DNA of 64,000 bases from NCBI GenBank assembly GCA_004431415.1, contig QPMI01000494.1, positions 496,001 through 560,000 on the forward strand, given 5' to 3'. Made by a program: the position numbers and the translations under genes. The DNA is from Cyanophora paradoxa CCMP329 (taxonomy: Eukaryota > Plantae > Glaucophyta). The notes under the pieces were generated by a model. That model had not been told where the DNA came from. It did not search any database and saw nothing but the letters and a program-made list of their open reading frames with translations. Positions 17,050 to 28,109 of this stretch are shown here, in pieces; position 1 is the first letter of the stretch; each line of letters starts with the position of its first letter.

Positions 17050-20000
17050 TCAAATACGTGTGCGCCAGTGACCCAGAGCCAAAGTTTCAACGCCATCATC
17101 ACATAGCCAACGTTTTGTGTCTAACGGGTGTAGTGCTTGCTTTGAAGTTTCTTGCACGTAAACCCGATGTTTCTTTGAGCGCATCCCTCGAATTCCATTC
17201 ACTTCGCATGATAAGTATTTTTTCTGTCCATCTACATCTTTACCAAGTACACAATCAATATATCTTTCCCGTGTAAGCTGGTCGGCAAAGCTTTTAGAAA
17301 TCCCCTTGCATCGACGCTCTTGCTTACCACTGTCGATCTGATACCAATAACTCTTAGGTCTGTTCGCGATGAATTCTACCATTTGCTTACCATTGCACTC
17401 ATCTTTGAAATTGCCAAGGGCTGTCGATTCTTTCTTCATGGTGGCAATTTCTTCGTCCGACATTCCTGCAAAGAATCGATGTGACTCCGGATATTTGCTA
17501 ACATCTAAAAGGTGACTTATATTTTTCAGCTCAGCGTACAAATCATCTGTCTCAATTCTAAGGATTAGCGAGTCAGTATCCGTTGCAAGCAATTTAACAC
17601 GCGGACCCCAGAGCGGTTTTAGTTGCTCGTAATACATTTTAAACATGTGTAGTTTTGACATTTCCAAAACACTGAATCCACTGTATATCGGTTTGTTTAA
17701 TTTGACTTGTGAACGCCGCTTAGAGATAAATACAAGATCCTCATCATATTTGACAATTTGCTTCAATAAATTTGGTTGTGCGGCAATTTTTGACAGTCTG
17801 ACACTATCAGTCACAAGCTCCGCATCGCAATGCTTTCTCACGTTTTCCATATTTTTGCCGTATAATGCATTAGTCTTGAGTTTGAATAGATCTCGCACAT
17901 GATCAAAGGTTGCGGCCTGACGCATTTCGGCATTTTTTTCCACATACGGTTTCATCCAAGCAGTCTGCTTGTACGTAATAACACGATGAATTTTACTCAC
18001 CACAAAACCTTGACTTCTGTAAAATTTGAGTAGTCTCCCATCAACAACATATTTCTTCAATGGAAGCAGACTTGGAATAAGCTTTCGCGTCTTCATCTGA
18101 ATGCAATCCTTTTTAATCATATCCTGTTGTGATCTAGATAGCATCGTTGGATCTACAATCATTGATACTGGCGCAATCGGGTAATCATTAAATTTCTCGT
18201 GAAGCTCATCTGGAATGTAAGCATCAATTTCAAGCGTTGCTCCTATATCACCGTCATAATCGAAACCATCATGGTCAAAGGTTTCTGGATCAACCCATTT
18301 AAAATCTCCAATCGGATGTTTCTCTAACATCGCATATCCATACAACGAATTTGCATCTATATAGAACAGATATACTGATGGTTTGGATGGATCATAATCA
18401 ACCATGTCCTTATTGTTCGCTTTTGCATATCGATTTGACACCATTGAAATACCACCACGAATACCTGTCTCGAAGAATCTGAACATATCCTCTTGACCCT
18501 CATGCAACATCTGTAATTGCCCACCTGTATATTTTAGAGCAGCATCCCAACTAAAGCCTGGTAGTGACATGTAATATGCAGGATCTATTCCATCTGTAGC
18601 GCGAGATGTTTCCCGATATGCTTGAAACACGTCTGCTAGTAACGTTATATCCAGCTTCATATAAGCAATCGTGTAATCTAACAATGCTTTACATTTCAGC
18701 TTTTTCCAAACCTTCTGTGCGTGCTCATAATCTTCAGGCTTGCACTTTTCGTTTTTCAAATCATTGTGAAACGCCTCTATCGACGGTAGCTTACGGTCTG
18801 CAAGCCGCTGCCAGGAATTTACGTAGCTGTAGGGATAGATTCCCTTGCGTGTCATCAGATTAAATGTTTCCGCATCGGGACATAACTCGCGAGTTTGCTT
18901 TTTCAGATGATCTGGAAGCGATGCCGCTAGCTTTTCGAGCGTTGCTGATAGATGTTGCATGCTATCGCGAAATACGTAAATGCCGTATTCGATTTGACTC
19001 ATTTTCTCTGAGTTTTGAAACATCACTTCGAATCGCTTCGACAGTGGAGCCTCAGATCTCTCGATCTTGATTTTTTCTTTTACAAGCTGGTTCTTGATAA
19101 ATCCTGGAACTCGCTTCTCATACTCCTCAGCAGTTATGCTCAGTTTGTTCATCGTCCATTCCCTCACGCTTTGAGTTTGATATGTCTTCTCAAGACGTGC
19201 TCGGGTTGCTTCAAGTTTTTCATTCAACTTTTTCTTAAATTCAATGTGTGCGGCCTGTCTACGAACACTTCCCTTTGCAATTGCGCGGATCATCAAATGC
19301 GAATCAAATCCTCGAGCATTGTGAGCAATCAAGAAAACACGTTTTGATTTGAATCTTCTACGGTTGCAGCCAGGACAAGCAGCACCTTTGAAATCACCAT
19401 TATCGTGATCGTGGTCCCAAACCTTTTTTATCTTCTCGCTGAATTCAACGTTACAGATATAGCAACTAGTAGCTGAATCAAACGTTTGCTTTGCAACATC
19501 TGTTTTTATCGCTGGTACCGATGCATTTAGCCCTTTCTTTAAAGTTGGTTCCATTGAATCTAGCCATTCAACAAACCTCTCCTCACATCTACGTCCGCTA
19601 TTTACGTGCCAATATTTTGTATCATCATTGCCTGTGATCAAACATCCAACAGCAGCTGGTATTTGACATGCAATTTCCTCTGTCTTTCCATTTTTCACAG
19701 AGTTCGTAGACATTGCAAGTGTTTCAAAATCATAGGCTCCAACATATCGTGCCGTTATCGTATTCGCATGGTTCAGGAATTTCAATGTTGAACGGTCGGG
19801 TTTTGGAAGCACATCACGGCCATGTTCGTCTCGTTCGAGGCATCTGTCTTCTTCGATGTGTTTCTGAAGAGCATCATCACCGCGAAATCCTTTTTGACAA
19901 GCGAGACAATAGCTGCGTGCGTTCTTGTCAATTCCAGGACGTGCAAACATTCGGCTCACGTTCTTGATCCAAACGAAATGGCCATAGCTACCTTCACCAG

Positions 20001-21093
20001 TCACGTATAGCAGGGGAATAGCTTCGCGGGCCGCTGAGATATAATATGGAGTGATGTCTTGCTTTTCATTATCAGCCACATACACACATAAATTCAGATT
20101 GTTTGCCTCTTCAAACCGACGGAATATCTTTGAATCAAGCGGGACAGGATAACTGAGCATTGTTGTGTCGATCGTACTTAGGTGCTGTCTGTACTTGGCA
20201 GCACGTTGAGCATGCCGATCGATTGGGAACTTTGCGGATAAAACTGAATACGTAAAACACATATTATCTGGTGCCTCCACGTTTATGACTGCGTTCTTCT
20301 TGCTAATCCATGTTGGAAGTTCAAATGATGCTCCACCAACGGCGCGGACATGTTCAAGACTTTGTATATAAAAATACGTCCACGTTTCTATCTCCCAGCT
20401 GTCATTTTCTTGTTCAACTCTTCCATCGATTTCAACACATCTGTCACGCAGCTCAACTTCAATGTTTGCACCGGGGAGGATACGGTAGAATTGATTTTCA
20501 CTGATCTCATCTGTTTTGAAGCGGTTAGTAAACCCTTCTGTGCCATTCTGCCGATGCTTAAAAATACCTTTTGCATATACCTTTATTGATAGTCCCATTC
20601 GAGATTCATTCGCTGAATTCAATCGTTCGGCTAAGAATCGCTCGAATTTTGCTTTGAATTCTGGGGTGTTCGACAGGTACGATGCTAATGATGTTACTCT
20701 TAGTCCGTTCGGCCTGATGATTGCATCGCTTTCGAGTGCGTATATACCATCTAGTGCCGTCTCGCGTGAACCATCTCCAGCAAGTTCCTCATATGGCAGG
20801 TCGGGAAGTTCGTTGAAAAGTGTTACCAATTCCGCTTGGTTCTCAGCGATAATTATCTGAACTGTTCTTTCTGAAGCACGTCTTGTTTGACCAACAACAG
20901 CAGCTAGCAATGAAAGTAAATCAGCAGTTCGTTGCAGTGTCGCAAATCTTGTTCGTGACCCTGGTGATGAGATTCTAAGTAATTTGTTTCGATATAGTCC
21001 ATGAATACGTCTACGATCATACAAATTTTGTGCTAGACCTACAATCTGTTGTTTCAGTAACGATATTTGACGGCGACGATCAATTTGATTCAT
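17050..21093 (-). CDS. Protein-primed family B DNA polymerase (Polinton type) with vOTU-like and endonuclease VII-like domains
   Basis: Exo motifs YDFE, HNARGFD and YMKLD; Pol motifs YIDANSLYG, KLKTNALYGK and TDTDS; DNMCF...GHFVWI vOTU-like domain; CYIC...DHDHDNG...ACPGCN EndoVII-like insert. Confidence 0.96.
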   Translation of the reverse strand: MNQIDRRRQISLLKQQIVGLAQNLYDRRRIHGLYRNKLLRISSPGSRTRFATLQRTADLLSLLAAVVGQTRRASERTVQIIIAENQAELVTLFNELPDLPYEELAGDGSRETALDGIYALESDAIIRPNGLRVTSLASYLSNTPEFKAKFERFLAERLNSANESRMGLSIKVYAKGIFKHRQNGTEGFTNRFKTDEISENQFYRILPGANIEVELRDRCVEIDGRVEQENDSWEIETWTYFYIQSLEHVRAVGGASFELPTWISKKNAVINVEAPDNMCFTYSVLSAKFPIDRHAQRAAKYRQHLSTIDTTMLSYPVPLDSKIFRRFEEANNLNLCVYVADNEKQDITPYYISAAREAIPLLYVTGEGSYGHFVWIKNVSRMFARPGIDKNARSYCLACQKGFRGDDALQKHIEEDRCLERDEHGRDVLPKPDRSTLKFLNHANTITARYVGAYDFETLAMSTNSVKNGKTEEIACQIPAAVGCLITGNDDTKYWHVNSGRRCEERFVEWLDSMEPTLKKGLNASVPAIKTDVAKQTFDSATSCYICNVEFSEKIKKVWDHDHDNGDFKGAACPGCNRRRFKSKRVFLIAHNARGFDSHLMIRAIAKGSVRRQAAHIEFKKKLNEKLEATRARLEKTYQTQSVREWTMNKLSITAEEYEKRVPGFIKNQLVKEKIKIERSEAPLSKRFEVMFQNSEKMSQIEYGIYVFRDSMQHLSATLEKLAASLPDHLKKQTRELCPDAETFNLMTRKGIYPYSYVNSWQRLADRKLPSIEAFHNDLKNEKCKPEDYEHAQKVWKKLKCKALLDYTIAYMKLDITLLADVFQAYRETSRATDGIDPAYYMSLPGFSWDAALKYTGGQLQMLHEGQEDMFRFFETGIRGGISMVSNRYAKANNKDMVDYDPSKPSVYLFYIDANSLYGYAMLEKHPIGDFKWVDPETFDHDGFDYDGDIGATLEIDAYIPDELHEKFNDYPIAPVSMIVDPTMLSRSQQDMIKKDCIQMKTRKLIPSLLPLKKYVVDGRLLKFYRSQGFVVSKIHRVITYKQTAWMKPYVEKNAEMRQAATFDHVRDLFKLKTNALYGKNMENVRKHCDAELVTDSVRLSKIAAQPNLLKQIVKYDEDLVFISKRRSQVKLNKPIYSGFSVLEMSKLHMFKMYYEQLKPLWGPRVKLLATDTDSLILRIETDDLYAELKNISHLLDVSKYPESHRFFAGMSDEEIATMKKESTALGNFKDECNGKQMVEFIANRPKSYWYQIDSGKQERRCKGISKSFADQLTRERYIDCVLGKDVDGQKKYLSCEVNGIRGMRSKKHRVYVQETSKQALHPLDTKRWLCDDGVETLALGHWRTRI

Positions 21094-21192
21094 TGTGAAA
21101 GTGTCGCTAGAAATAAATTTCGGTTGATCAACGCGATCTTATATCACTTTATATTGATGCTAAAACCTTTAAGACACAGATATAACCTGAAC

Positions 21193-21620
21193 CTAAACTT
21201 GGACTACGTCATCGTTGGGAATAATTAGCGTCTAGCTAGAACCTGAACTCGAGTATGTAATTAGCTTTCGATGATATAGTAATTACGTGTAGCTTAAACC
21301 TTGAAACCTCTTTGTTTTTTAGATTCAAAGTACACACAATTAACGTCTAAATGATGTTGAAGATGATTCTGAGACCGACGCTTTGGGGGTCCGTCTAAAA
21401 GCACTGCTATATCTTTTGCAAGATCGATCGGACTAGACGTTAGATACTACCTAGCGGATGCTGTTTGGTTGGCTTGGAGAGGTGGGGGTGGTAGACGTTG
21501 TGAGAGTGTGTCTGGAAGTGGTGGTTGGGAAGGCGTTGGAGTGGGTGGTTTTGGTGGAATCGGAGGAGTGGGGGTGAGAAAGAGGTGGGTGGGCTGGAAT
21601 CCCCATGATCTCATTTTTTT
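21193..21620 (-). repeat. Right TIR of element 1
   Basis: Inverted copy of 11178-11717; ends ATCTCATTTTTTT, then TSD TCAGC. Confidence 0.9.
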
Positions 21621-23655
21621 TCAGCGGCCCCAAGTCCTGCCAGACCGTGCGCTAGAAAACATTAAAGATGTCGAAACTCCGACCAAGCCTAATCATTCAT
21701 GATCATGATGCTTTGCTCTTTGCAGGGGGAGTGTCTTTCGGTGGCGGGTCCTGCTGTCCCGGATGCCGAGAGCGTCTCGACTGTCTGCAGGTCCGCACAC
21801 GTACATCCGCAAGTGAAATACATTTTATATTGAAAGGCGGTCCTGAACCGGGGGATGCGCAGCGCCGACCACAGTGCCTGCGAGACTACGGCGGGATCGG
21901 AGTGCCCGGTGGTGACTGGAGCCGACGTGCCGCGAGACCCGGCCGTACCGATCGATGTCGTGCCGACTGAGGCTGGGGTGCGAACTCCCGAGCGCCCGAA
22001 ACCTGCATGCGCATGCGCAGTCGCACGAGCGAATTCGAATTACTTATTAAATCGCAGACCAACCTTACTCCGACCGACCCGACGCCGGCGGGCCCCACCG
22101 GCCCCTCTCCGACCGACCCACCCCCGCCGGGAAAGATGTGGATCACGTGCACAGAAATGCTGACGGCTTTCGACACCAATCCCGACTTCGAGGGTGTCCC
22201 CTCCATGTAAGCATTCGGCTCGCGCGATGTGGTCCTCTATCAGTTTCCTGTCCGCGAACGACGACGGGCTTGGCGCAGGGCCAAATTAAATTCGCGATGA
22301 TTCTCGGGTCCAGCGACTACTACGCGTCCGTGGGTTTCACGTTCAGGGGCAGTGAGGCGATCTGGGATGAGGCGATGGGCGCCGGGACGACTCAAGTTTC
22401 CCCGTCGGAAATCTTGTCGAAAGCAGCAGTTACAGGCGGCGCGCCCATTGGCTCCGTAGACACAATCGCGTCATTCGTCTCGCGCTACGACTCGCTGCCC
22501 GTGGGCGACAAAGACGGTGAGGTCGCCGCGCCTGAAGTCGCTCGACTGGGAGTTGACGTCCCTCATCATTGCAGGCAACCTGGACAAGGGGGAATTCTTG
22601 CACTGTGCGCAAAAGAATTTACCCTGCATTCATCCGCGCGGGGCAAGCCCCTTGTAATCGCAGGCCTTGCGCCCATACTGGTTGATGACCCAAATAACCC
22701 CGCGAGACTCGATGAGCCGATGGCGGAAGTCGAGACCGAGGTGGGCACCCCGGCGGAGGCCAAGGCGCACGGAGGCCGCCCCTTATAATAATCGTCCCCG
22801 CAGGGCGCGTACGAGGCGGAGCTTGAGCTCTCGGAGGAGGCGGAGGCGGCGGAGGCGGCGGCCGCGATGGCCAACCTTGCCGGCGAGGAGGCCCCCGCGC
22901 TTGCCTCGGGCTTCTAGGAGCCTCTCTAGATCTGGCTTCAACTGAAGCCATATATACGTATACTCTCGTGTGAGATGCATAGCTAGTGGAAGGTTGATCA
23001 TCGGATCGTGAGTGCACGAGTGCAAGCGCGGCGAGCACTTGCATGGTTCGGGGAGGCCCTGAGGGCTTGCGCTGCAGGGAAGGAAGGAAAATGGAAGGAT
23101 TGGGGCGGGGAGAAAGGGGGGTATACGTATTGTAAGCACGTATATCATAGTATATGCCAGTATGCGTCGGACGTCGACCTGCAGCCACCTGCTCCCCGCC
23201 CCCCCCACCCTTCTGCAAGTCTTCTTTCCTCCTTGACGCGGAGTCCTCCCTTCCCGGCCCTTGGGCGGCCGGCTCCGGCCGAGCTCTAGGTCATGATCAA
23301 GATCTAGATCTAGAGCACTGAAACACGAACAGCTTCATTCGGAGATCGATAACTATATACGTATACTTATCTAACGGTATCGCGCGATTGATGATAAAGA
23401 GAATTCGAAAATGCCGGACCCGAGCTCGAGCCCAGCCGCCAAGGCTCCGGCGCCTCAAGTTCAACCCCCGCCGGGCCGCGGTCGGCCACGCGCCACGTGC
23501 ACCAGCATCGATCATATATCAGCTGCAGAAGCGGCACCCTCGTCTCAGCCTGCGGCCTGCGCCCCCGCCGCCTCAGCTGCAACCTCAGGCGGCAAATTTG
23601 ACGCAGGGACGCGGGCGGGAGCGCGCACGGGCGCGGGCGCGGGTACGGATCCAGC

Positions 23656-23992
23656 AGTGGAGTATTACGCCATGGCTACATAAACGAAAAATCCCGAAAT
23701 AATACAAATACATTCGAATTCCCCACGATATTCAGTAATACATACTTTTCATCGATAAATTCAATCGAGATATTCCCACTGACTCACTGATATCATCAAT
23801 CATTTCATTAAACCCCTGACGATATTCAGTAACAAAAACAAAAAACTCACGCCATGGCTACAATTACATCTTTATCATCTTTATCATATTTCATTTCCAT
23901 TTCCCACTTACCTCGATTGCTTTATCGTTTTACTTCTCAGATTATACTTCTTCCTTACAACATTCTTTCGATTCGGCTTGATCCCTTCTTTC
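23656..23992 (+). repeat. Left TIR of element 2
   Basis: Reverse complement of 34171-34507; internal repeats ACGCCATGGCTACA (23667, 23849) and ACGATATTCAGTAA (23725, 23819). Confidence 0.95.
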
Positions 23993-24211
23993 TTCTCGAC
24001 GTTTTTCGGTAGCTTTATGTGCTTCCTCCACTCTTTTCCAATCATCCTTACTTGCTATAACATTGCTGAATCTACAACAAGGGCAGTGATCGAAATTACT
24101 AATCTTATCAATGCAGTCAAAGCACATATGAAATTCGCATTGAGGACATGTGTTATAGTAATCATCCGCAAACGGATCCAGACAAACTTGACATTCCATT
24201 TTTGTTTCCAT
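23942..24211 (-). CDS. Small RING-finger-like protein
   Basis: CQVC...CPQCEFHMCFDC...CPCC Cys/His spacing. Confidence 0.75.
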   Translation of the reverse strand: METKMECQVCLDPFADDYYNTCPQCEFHMCFDCIDKISNFDHCPCCRFSNVIASKDDWKRVEEAHKATEKRREERRDQAESKECCKEEV

Positions 24212-24315
24212 TTTATATATTTATTTAATCCATATATCATTTTTGCACCTTCGCCAACTCATCGCCTTGCAAAAACAAAAATAGCGCCGGAATGCTCTCA
24301 AAAAGCGCTACAAGG

Positions 24316-25080
24316 CTACATCGTAACCGTAGTGCCCTCGCGCTGTATGCGAGCCAACCGTTCCTTCTTTTGCAGCGCCCGCCTCTTGCCGAACTTCCGA
24401 GTCATCTTTTTCAAGTCGTCTTCTGATAGTATCGCCCGGTCTGTGTAGAACTTGACGTCGTAGCCTTGCAGACCCACGCAGACCACCTGATAACTGTGAC
24501 CCCATAGCCTATTCAATTCCTTAAAGTCTCTCTTACTGAGACCACCATTATATTCATCAAAAGCACAGTTGAACTCTTTTTCGTTCCCTAATATATTGAA
24601 AAAGACCACGAATTCGAGGTTGCGCCTAATTGTAGTGCTAACTGAGCACATGCGTTGTGAATTCACGATGAGGGATATCATATAATGTCTTCCAGAGGTT
24701 ACCAGCTTTTTCAAGACCATATTCGTCTCCATATTTAGCGAGGATCCAATCATGTCATCTAATATCAAAACTAAGCTGTTTCTCTCTCCCTTTTCGATTC
24801 GTTTCTTTTGCATCCCGATGAGCTTAACTACAAGGTCATCGTTCCATTCCTCAAATATGTTATCGGGGTGTGTGATGTCTTGCCATTGACCAGTGAATGC
24901 GGTTGAACTAAAAACCACGACCTGATTGATTTGGTGACGAAGCTCATACAGTAAATATTTCGAGAACGTGGTCTTACCAGTGTTACTACGTCCCCAACAC
25001 CCGATTCTTGTTGGTAAAACTATGTTCCTTGCAGGATCTAACTCAGGTATTTCATCCAGATTTATGCTTTCCTTATCCAT
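24316..25080 (-). CDS. A32-like packaging ATPase
   Basis: GRSNTGKT, LILDD, SGRHY, IRRN; homologous to 14507-15211. Confidence 0.93.
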   Translation of the reverse strand: MDKESINLDEIPELDPARNIVLPTRIGCWGRSNTGKTTFSKYLLYELRHQINQVVVFSSTAFTGQWQDITHPDNIFEEWNDDLVVKLIGMQKKRIEKGERNSLVLILDDMIGSSLNMETNMVLKKLVTSGRHYMISLIVNSQRMCSVSTTIRRNLEFVVFFNILGNEKEFNCAFDEYNGGLSKRDFKELNRLWGHSYQVVCVGLQGYDVKFYTDRAILSEDDLKKMTRKFGKRRALQKKERLARIQREGTTVTM

Positions 25081-25127
25081 TACAGTAAAGATATAAAAAA
25101 ACAGACAAAAGCGGCACGCTACCTCGT

Positions 25128-26350
25128 TTAGAAGTTGCTAACTTTGAGGGTCGACAGTTGATAGCCATTGATTACGAGGACATTGTGGCGAAGTGTGAAG
25201 ATATCCACCACAACCGGGTTCGCATCAGTGCAGCCATTAACTGTGAGGTTCATGTAGCTTGATGACGAGTTGAAAAAGTCTTGATATCCGAGAACCGAGT
25301 TGTGCAGCGAATCCTTGCCGGATTTGCTCAGAACAACACCATAAACGCTTCCCTCAGCGACTCCAACAGCCGCACCACCTGTGCTCGCACCCTTGTAGTG
25401 AGAGGGGATGTGGTTCACAGCAGAAAGGAAGCCTGAGATTGGCTTGTTTGAAATATCGAGGGTGCGATTGTTGTGGTAGATCTCGAAGTTGGTGATGTTG
25501 TAGGTTTCGCCCTTGCCATAGAAGCGAGAGTGGTTAACCGTTTTCAGATCCGCATTCTTTCGGACTGTAAGCAGAACCGAGTGGACGAGCCCGCTCACAT
25601 TAGCAAGCGAGACCTCAGTCGCAGTGTCGGCATCCGCCGTTTTCAGTGGGCGGGTTTGCTTGTGGAGAACCTCAGTAATTGGGATGCGAATGCCACCCTC
25701 TTCGTTTGCCATTTTAAGCAGTCGCTCCGCCTCATCAGAGGAAATGTTAACGAACTGACAAACGAGATGGCAATCGCTCATAGCGATGGTAGCATTTAAA
25801 GCAAGAGTTACAACAGTCGAAGCCCGGAAATCGACCTCAATTTGGGGCATCTCAGCAAGTGCACAGAGGGGGAAGTAAGAGTCGTCCACATTTGCGAGGG
25901 GATCTTAACAATAAACTCGCGAGAAGTGTTATTAAGAACAATAGCGGCATCATCCATGCCATAGGAGGTGGCGAGAGCACCCAGAGTTGAGGGATCGTTG
26001 TCGACGATGGTGTTCACAGTGATCCAGTCACCGGGTAACGTAAGTTTAAAACCGCCATGGACGATTCGGACATTTTCAATGAAGCTACTCGCACAGTTTG
26101 GAAGGGTAGCGTTCGCACCACCACCACCAGTGAGTTTGAAGTAGAGGGAGAGACCGCTGAGTAGCTGTTTGCGTGGGAGGTCAAAGACCGCAGTAGAAGC
26201 AAAGCCAAAGGTGTTGCCACGAGGCTTGACTGTTTCAATGAATGGCTTATATTTCGGGTTGGCGCCAATGACCAGACCGGGGGATAGATATAGTTCGCTC
26301 GAATTGGGGGTGACGAGGAGCTCTTTAAGAGTGGTTCCAGCGAGCGCCAT
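25128..26350 (-). CDS. Major capsid protein, split by a single-base frameshift at ~25886
   Basis: ORFs 25808-26350 and 25128-25889 together align end to end with 13277-14506; adding one G restores SQMW-DDSYFPL (element 1: SQLWDNSYFPL). Confidence 0.8.
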
Positions 26351-26402
26351 TGTTTACTAATCGTGAACAAAATAATTTATACACGGATAGTAACGAACAC
26401 AA

Positions 26403-27298
26403 ATGGGAAAAATACTAATCAATATCGATTCCAGGGATCGCGAAGCTGATTCTACCAGTTCCGCGAATTTCCGCTATAAACTTCCCTATCCGGTGAAGCG
26501 AGTCAAATCTTGCAGAATCACGAATTTTGAGCTATTTAATAATCTATACAACCTCACCACAGATGGAACCATTACCACAGTCACCTACGATAACATCAAT
26601 GCCCAGAAGACCCGGACAAACACCTTCAAAGCCGGAAATTACGACCCCACGAGCCTTGTTAATTACCTTAACGTTCTGATTGGCACACAGCAGTATGCGC
26701 AGAATGGAGGTGGAACCTACACCCGCAAATTCAAAGTGTTCTACGACTCAAACACCATGAAACTAAGGATCCTTTCAAATGAGGCATTCGGTCTCCGGTT
26801 TGCCTCGCTTCCAGTGGCAAACTTTACAGGATTCCAGGTCGCTGACAAACTGTATTTAGGTGCAGTGTTGGCAGTAAACGAAACCTATGATGCACTCGTT
26901 TACACACACGAATTATATTCGGAGGTTCCCTCGACCTTCTGTATTACTCATACATGTTGCTCCACATTGAGCAGCTACGAGGCACTGTGATCAGTCGCAA
27001 CCCATCCGATTGCTATGCAATTGCAAAGATCATTCTCGACCAGCAGGTCGGAGCCCTGTTAAAATACGAGGGTTCCAATGCAACTATGGTGGCATCTGAC
27101 ATGATTGACCGCGAGCTTGAATACCTCGACATCGCACTGAAATACTATAATGGGATTCAGGTCACCTTGCACAGCGATTGGAGCATGACGCTTGAAATCG
27201 TCACTGACGATGGTGGGAACAGAAACAAGAAAGACCTCAAAGCTATATTTGCCGATTTGCAGGATCACCTCCTCCCATTCGATAGGTCATTTTCGTAA
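26403..27298 (+). CDS. Minor capsid protein (penton), split by a frameshift at ~26930
   Basis: INIDSRDRE...NFRYKLP start; adding one C gives VPLDLLYYSYMLLHIEQ, matching IPVDLLYHTYLFLHIDQ in element 1. Confidence 0.8.
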
Positions 27299-27327
27299 AT
27301 TAATATCGCACCCTAAATTAAGAATCA

Positions 27328-28109
27328 ATGCCGCGTCAAGCTACCGCCAAACCACGCAAAACCAAACCGAAAGATTACCTCAGCACGCCGGCAAGTGTGG
27401 CAGACGTGGATACCCCACTAAATTTGGAAGAGGCAAAGCAGACAAAGCCAAAGCTGTGTATCACGTTGGTGATATTGAGCGCGATGTCCACTCTTCGCGA
27501 AACGAGTTCATTCAAGGACAGATCAGTGATCGAAACGATGCGAACGCTTTGATTGATGAAGTCCCGCTGAATAAGATGCCCGGTAACAAGAGAGGACGAA
27601 AGAAGGGAACGATCATAAATTCGACAAAGGAACGAATCGCTTCAAAGAAAGTATTACTGAAAGAGCTCGATATCGGCAACGTGTATTCGGTGCAGACAGG
27701 CGATCGCTACCGCTATTATCTTGCGAAGCCAGGCAAGGGCATATCCAGTCTCACACGAGCCAGTGCGAAAGAATTGGTGGAAGGCATTGCCAAAGAGACG
27801 AAGCTCGAAAACCAAATCATGGAGCAAAAGATCACGAAGGAAAAGGTGGACGAAAAGCCAACTGTGACCGCTGAGGTCTTGACTGATCCAATCGCGCCAG
27901 CCATTAGCGCTACACCTGATCAGTTAATTGCGAAAACGATCGCACTACAAGACACCAACACCGCCACCAATCTCCCGATCGCAAACAAGCACATCCTGAA
28001 AATCGCCGCCTCGACAAGCGAGCCGCTTAACTCCATTCCCCGCGTGTCCCAGCCATTTATTAGCGGATTCGCAAAGCTCGGATTAAAGCCAGGTTACAGG
28101 AGGCTCTGA
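27328..28109 (+). CDS. Conserved basic hypothetical protein (homolog of 11686-12294), probable frameshift at ~27451
   Basis: ATG at 27328 (MPRQATAKPRKTKPK) joins the homologous downstream frame if one A is added to the AAA at 27450-27452. Confidence 0.7.

Larger units (their letters stand above)
11178..21620. mobile_element. Endogenous Polinton-like virus, element 1 (~10.4 kb, apparently intact)
   Basis: TIRs at 11178-11717 and 21193-21620; TCAGC duplicated at 11173-11177 and 21621-21625; encodes pPolB, rve integrase, A32 ATPase, MCP and penton. Confidence 0.95.
8686..22788 (+). pseudogene. Multi-exon host gene of unknown function interrupted by element 1 (outer boundaries uncertain)
   Basis: GC-rich exons separated by short GT..AG introns on both sides of the element. 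Removing the element and one TSD restores the frame ...FTPEYKASSIS|GPKSCQT, followed by a GT..AG intron (~21647-21725). Confidence 0.5.

Noticed and set aside
15547-20860. Short ORFs antisense to the integrase and pPolB genes (likewise inside 28911-34255 and 16-6445)
   Set aside because: Shadow frames of long conserved genes with no recognisable motifs.
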